Positions 60,130 through 64,000 of a DNA stretch of 64,000 nt are shown piece after piece. The notes below the pieces were generated by a model that was not told the origin of the DNA, did no database searches, and worked only from the letters and a program-made list of their open reading frames with translations. Source of the stretch: a virus. The DNA is taken from positions 64,001 through 128,000 of IMG/VR virus record IMGVR_UViG_3300042398_000969; one strand, 5' to 3'. The translations under genes and the position numbers were made by a program. The number at the start of each line of letters is the position of its first letter. Positions within the stretch are counted from its first letter, which is position 1.

Positions 60130-60408
60130 TTATTTTCCGCAACCACAATCTGATTCATTATTTGTTGTGATTAACGATTTTGTTACACTATTAAAATAGT
60201 TTTTATTATTTTCAATGAAATCATTCGCTTTCTCCATTAATAACTCATTTACTTGATCATTGATATAGCTAATGTACATCTCATCATTTAAAGTAAATAG
60301 TTCTCTAACCATAACTTTAACACCATTAATTGTAAATAAATCATTTATATCAATGGTATAACCGTCATTTGTGTATGTTAAAATTTTATTTGTTATTATT
60401 ACTTCCAT
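60130..60408 (-). CDS. Small hypothetical protein ending CGCGK
   Basis: 92-aa ORF packed between adhesin genes. Confidence 0.6.
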   Translation of the reverse strand: MEVIITNKILTYTNDGYTIDINDLFTINGVKVMVRELFTLNDEMYISYINDQVNELLMEKANDFIENNKNYFNSVTKSLITTNNESDCGCGK

Positions 60409-60409
60409 A

Positions 60410-62134
60410 TTAAACTACTTGACCTGTACAAGGATTTATTGTTAAGAAATTATTGTTTGGACAACCACTATAAATTGTTTCATTATTAAGTTTTAACGTA
60501 ACCCAGGTTACGTTAGTGTGACATTGTCCATTTCCAAAACCAAGATTTACATTTATTGGTGTTGCACAAACTAATGCAAAACTTATATTACCACCAGTTG
60601 ATGATGCTGCAATATCTTGTGCTTGTTGCGTTGTTAGTGTTAATGAGTTATATCTAGCATTACCACTAGTAACCCCAGGAGGATAATTAAATTGATCATT
60701 TGACCCACCAGTGTTACTTAAATAAACTGTACCTATATTAATATTATTACCTCTTAAATAAAAAGTTGCAGCATTACATGTGTGTCCACCAGGACAAGGT
60801 CCTAATGTTGGGCTATATTGAACAATAAATTCCATATTAGCCAAACAGTTTACTACTTCAGTTAATTCAGGTGTAATTGTTGTATCTAAAGCGCAATCAA
60901 TAGTTGCTGTAGGTGTTGGACTTGGAGTTGGTGTTGGACTCGTTGTTGGAGTCGGTGACGGTGATGGGCTAGGACTAGGCGTTGGCGTTGGTGTAGCCGT
61001 TATAATATTAGTATCAACACCAAAATCACAATTCTCGGTAGGAGATGGTGTTGGTGTTGGTGTCGCTGTTGCTGTTGGGCTCGGCGTTGGGCTAGGAGTT
61101 GGTGTTGGGCTTGTTGTTGGAGTTGGCGTTGCTGTTATTATATTAGTATCAATACCAAAGTCACAATTAGGTGTTGGGCTAGGTGTTGGAGTTGGTGTAC
61201 TAGTTGGTGTTGAGCTTGGTGTTGGTGTTGGACTAGGACTTGGGCTAGGTGTTGGGGTTGGTGTGGCAGTAATAATATTTGTATCAATACCGAAATCGCA
61301 ATTAGGTGTTGGACTCGGTGTTGGAGTTGGTGTACTAGTTGGTGTTGAGCTTGGTGTTGGACTCGGTGTTGGTGTAGGTGTAGCTGTAATAATATTTACA
61401 CCAACGTTAATATCACAATTAGGGGTTGGACTTGGGCTCGGAGTTGGACTAGGACTAGGTGTTGGGCTCGTTGTTGGTGTTGGTGTTGCTGTAATAACAT
61501 TAACTCCCATTCCAAAGTCACAATTAGGTGTAGGGCTTGGAGTTGGTGTAGGACTAGTTGTTGGTGTTGGCGTTGCTGTTATAATAATAACACCAACGTT
61601 AATATCACAATTAGGGGTTGGGCTTGGAGTCGGTGTTGGTGTAGCTGTAATAATATTTACACCCACACCAAATGTACAATCATTGGTCGGTGTAGGAGTT
61701 GGTGTTGGTGTGGCAGTAATAACATTTGATGTTACTTGAAAAGTACAATCAGATGTTGGCGTTGGTGTTGGGGTTGGCGTTGCTGTAACAACATTAGTAT
61801 TAACACCAAAATTACAATTTGCTGTTGGACTTGGTGTTGGTGTAGGTGTGGCAGTTGGACTTGTTGTTGGTGTTGGGGTTGGTGTTGCGGTTGGTAATGG
61901 ACAGCTACCCAAATTAAGATTTATTGATGTAACACTACTTGTCCCATTAATTGTCCATCCAGTATTTGGTGAATCACTTGTTGTTGTATTTCTAGGTTCT
62001 CCACCATATGGCCATGGATTTATTGTCCAATAGTCACTACCATTCCATCTAACATTACATGTAATGCCACTAAGACTACCTTGCCAAGAAGGTTTTCCGT
62101 TATAGTGCCCGTTATATGTAAAGGTTGTTAACAT
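60410..62134 (-). CDS. Cys-strand/PT repeat protein with Cys-rich C-terminal domain
   Basis: Ten Cys-initiated strands (e.g. [10 protein letters not shown]) separated by PT spacers. Confidence 0.75.
   Translation of the reverse strand: MLTTFTYNGHYNGKPSWQGSLSGITCNVRWNGSDYWTINPWPYGGEPRNTTTSDSPNTGWTINGTSSVTSINLNLGSCPLPTATPTPTPTTSPTATPTPTPSPTANCNFGVNTNVVTATPTPTPTPTSDCTFQVTSNVITATPTPTPTPTNDCTFGVGVNIITATPTPTPSPTPNCDINVGVIIITATPTPTTSPTPTPSPTPNCDFGMGVNVITATPTPTTSPTPSPSPTPSPSPTPNCDINVGVNIITATPTPTPSPTPSSTPTSTPTPTPSPTPNCDFGIDTNIITATPTPTPSPSPSPTPTPSSTPTSTPTPTPSPTPNCDFGIDTNIITATPTPTTSPTPTPSPTPSPTATATPTPTPSPTENCDFGVDTNIITATPTPTPSPSPSPSPTPTTSPTPTPSPTPTATIDCALDTTITPELTEVVNCLANMEFIVQYSPTLGPCPGGHTCNAATFYLRGNNINIGTVYLSNTGGSNDQFNYPPGVTSGNARYNSLTLTTQQAQDIAASSTGGNISFALVCATPINVNLGFGNGQCHTNVTWVTLKLNNETIYSGCPNNNFLTINPCTGQVV
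60866..61816 (-). repeat. Coding tandem repeat: [10 protein letters not shown] + (TP/SP)n
   Basis: Nine complete units visible in the translation and as (ggtgtt)n tracts. Confidence 0.9.
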
Positions 62135-62155
62135 TTTTTTATTTTATTTTTAAGT

Positions 62156-64000
62156 TTAAGGACACGCACCAAGATAACATGCAACACTTAGAGTTATTGT
62201 ATCACCACTATTAATTACCACTCCAGTTATTTGTGGGAATGGATTAGATGTGAAATATGATGTATATGATGGACTTGTTGATCCATTTTTATATATGAAA
62301 ATCACACCACAATTTCCGTTACCTGGTAAATTGGTTGTAACATTACATTGGATTGTATTTGTTGATCCATAATTAATACCACCAGGATTTGTTTTACCAC
62401 CAGCTAGTGTTGATGTTAATGGGAATGTAGATGGCCCATTTAATGTGTTCATAAATGTACCATTAATACCAACATCATTTAACGTCCCATTACCACAATC
62501 ATTGTTTCTAACCGTCCAAATTGATGTTGGTGGATTAGTTGCTGTTGGTGTTGGTGTTGGTGTTGAAAACGAAATATCAACACAGAAATCATCAGCTGCT
62601 GTTGGTGTAGGTGTTGCTGTTGGCGTTTGAGTAGGTGTTGCTGTTGGTGGCACCGGAGTCGCTGTTGGACTTGGGGTTGGTGTTGGAGTCCTAGTAGGTG
62701 TTGGTGTAGGAGTTCTAGTTGGTGTAGGTGTAGGTGTTTGTGTAGGAGTTGGTGGCGGTGTTACTATTGGATATGACCCCACACAAGTATATGCCGCAGC
62801 ACCGGTACAAACATTTGAATAATTTCTTAGTAAAGATCCTATTGATGGTACTGTTGTACAAGCAATATTATCAGTGTAATATTGTTGCATTGATGAACCA
62901 ATAACCTCAAAACCAACATATTCATGTTCTACTAAAGCTAAATAATTAGAATTACCATTAAAGGTTATTAAATTTGTTGGTTTAGTTCCTGCTACATTTA
63001 TGTTATAATACATATTAATGTTACAGTAATTTAAATCAACGGCGGTTACTTCAATTAGTTCTCCTTTCTCTGTTATAATATAATCACCAGTGTCATAATA
63101 ATCAGATGGATAATCACAACATGGCTCTATTGGTGTTTCTGGTTTTATTTGTAAAAATTCTGGTGATCTTGTATCAAAAACATAACCACTTCTTTTTGTG
63201 ACCTTGCCCGTATTTTCGTTAACATCTTTATTTGTATAGATTCTAAATTTAGTTGTTGGTAAAACATCAAAAACAACTGTTGTACCACTATTTGTAACAC
63301 CACTAATTACACTAGTTTTAACGGAACCTAGTGAATCCATATCATGTATTGTGTATGTTGTATATGTGTATGAAAAAGAATAATTGTTTGTTGATTCAGC
63401 AAAATCAAACGCACTACTTGATAGTGATGAGCATGAAAGATAATTTGCGGATACAACTACATTTCCATTAGAAAGATCTTTAACAGATCTCTTTACTAAA
63501 GTACCTGCAGTAATATAATTTTGTATATCAGCCGATGTTGTTGAACTATTAATTGTTGCGCCGCTTACTACTAAAACTTTGGTATCATGTTTTAAACCAT
63601 AATTGTATGAATTTCTATATTGAACCCTTGGATGTATAGTAAAACCAGTATTAACAACAATTGGTTGATCCGGTACTTCTGTTGGAAATTCAACATATTG
63701 TAAATTCAAACCATCAATTCTCACTTTTTTATCACAGTTAGCCGCATCAGTAAATAATAAATCTATAACCTCATCTTCATACACGTTTGATATTTTAAAT
63801 TGACATGTATTCCCGCTAACTTGTGCAAAGGTTGTATCGGTGTATACTGGGTTATATCCAGAAAATGCATTTATAACCGGTATTGAGTTTCTTTGTACAT
63901 AAATTCCCCAACCATATGTTTCACCAGATTGGACAGTAGCACCAGTAATATTAACAATAATATCAGATTTTAATTTACATGCGGTAGATCCAGTATAAAC
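62156..64000 (-). CDS. Large structural protein, C-terminal part (5' end outside window)
   Basis: Frame stays open from 63784 to 64000 by manual translation; PT linker near C-terminus. Confidence 0.75.
   Translation of the reverse strand, partial: VYTGSTACKLKSDIIVNITGATVQSGETYGWGIYVQRNSIPVINAFSGYNPVYTDTTFAQVSGNTCQFKISNVYEDEVIDLLFTDAANCDKKVRIDGLNLQYVEFPTEVPDQPIVVNTGFTIHPRVQYRNSYNYGLKHDTKVLVVSGATINSSTTSADIQNYITAGTLVKRSVKDLSNGNVVVSANYLSCSSLSSSAFDFAESTNNYSFSYTYTTYTIHDMDSLGSVKTSVISGVTNSGTTVVFDVLPTTKFRIYTNKDVNENTGKVTKRSGYVFDTRSPEFLQIKPETPIEPCCDYPSDYYDTGDYIITEKGELIEVTAVDLNYCNINMYYNINVAGTKPTNLITFNGNSNYLALVEHEYVGFEVIGSSMQQYYTDNIACTTVPSIGSLLRNYSNVCTGAAAYTCVGSYPIVTPPPTPTQTPTPTPTRTPTPTPTRTPTPTPSPTATPVPPTATPTQTPTATPTPTAADDFCVDISFSTPTPTPTATNPPTSIWTVRNNDCGNGTLNDVGINGTFMNTLNGPSTFPLTSTLAGGKTNPGGINYGSTNTIQCNVTTNLPGNGNCGVIFIYKNGSTSPSYTSYFTSNPFPQITGVVINSGDTITLSVACYLGACP

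Noticed and set aside
59600-62760. (ggtgtt)n tracts with unique interruptions as a CRISPR array
   Set aside because: In-frame coding Pro/Thr repeats with synonymous variation and variable length; no constant repeat and no cas genes
1-64000. Stop-codon reassignment as in some large phages
   Set aside because: Long intact ORFs under code 11; TAA, TAG and TGA all terminate tightly packed genes

Overview
This is an AT-rich, gene-dense segment of a large (jumbo-type) tailed dsDNA phage, with almost all genes on the minus strand. Bacteroidota-type promoters (TTTG-N19/20-TAnnTTTG-like), absence of Shine-Dalgarno sites, a short Bacteroidota-type sigma factor, an Hc1-like protein and SprB repeats point to a Bacteroidota host (inference). 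Layout: (1) 1-921, start of a glycosyl-/methyltransferase block. (2) 949-27899, a ~27 kb cluster of modular tail fibre/receptor-binding cassettes (C1q heads, Gly-rich/LamG, S74 chaperone, Mtd_N-like starts). (3) 27988-49687, host-takeover, head-internal, lysis-like and DNA metabolism genes (glutaredoxin, thioredoxin, AAA ATPase, NusG, Hc1, degenerate amidase, sigma70, ClpP, Rad50/Mre11, PD-(D/E)XK nuclease, primase, RuvC). (4) 49727-64000, a baseplate-like protein plus a family of Pro/Thr-linker adhesin-like proteins (cadherin, SprB repeats, Cys-strand repeats). Most interesting candidates: a gene whose 5' and 3' UTRs are complementary (long-range RNA switch); a stand-alone two-hairpin sRNA; a -1 frameshift that adds a PT tail; a scaffold with Cys-strands separated by progressively longer PT spacers (possible cellulosome-like adhesin tree); and a strongly enriched [ST]-G-x-T motif in structural proteins (possible virion glycosylation sequon). 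All family assignments come from motif recognition by eye; no searches were run.
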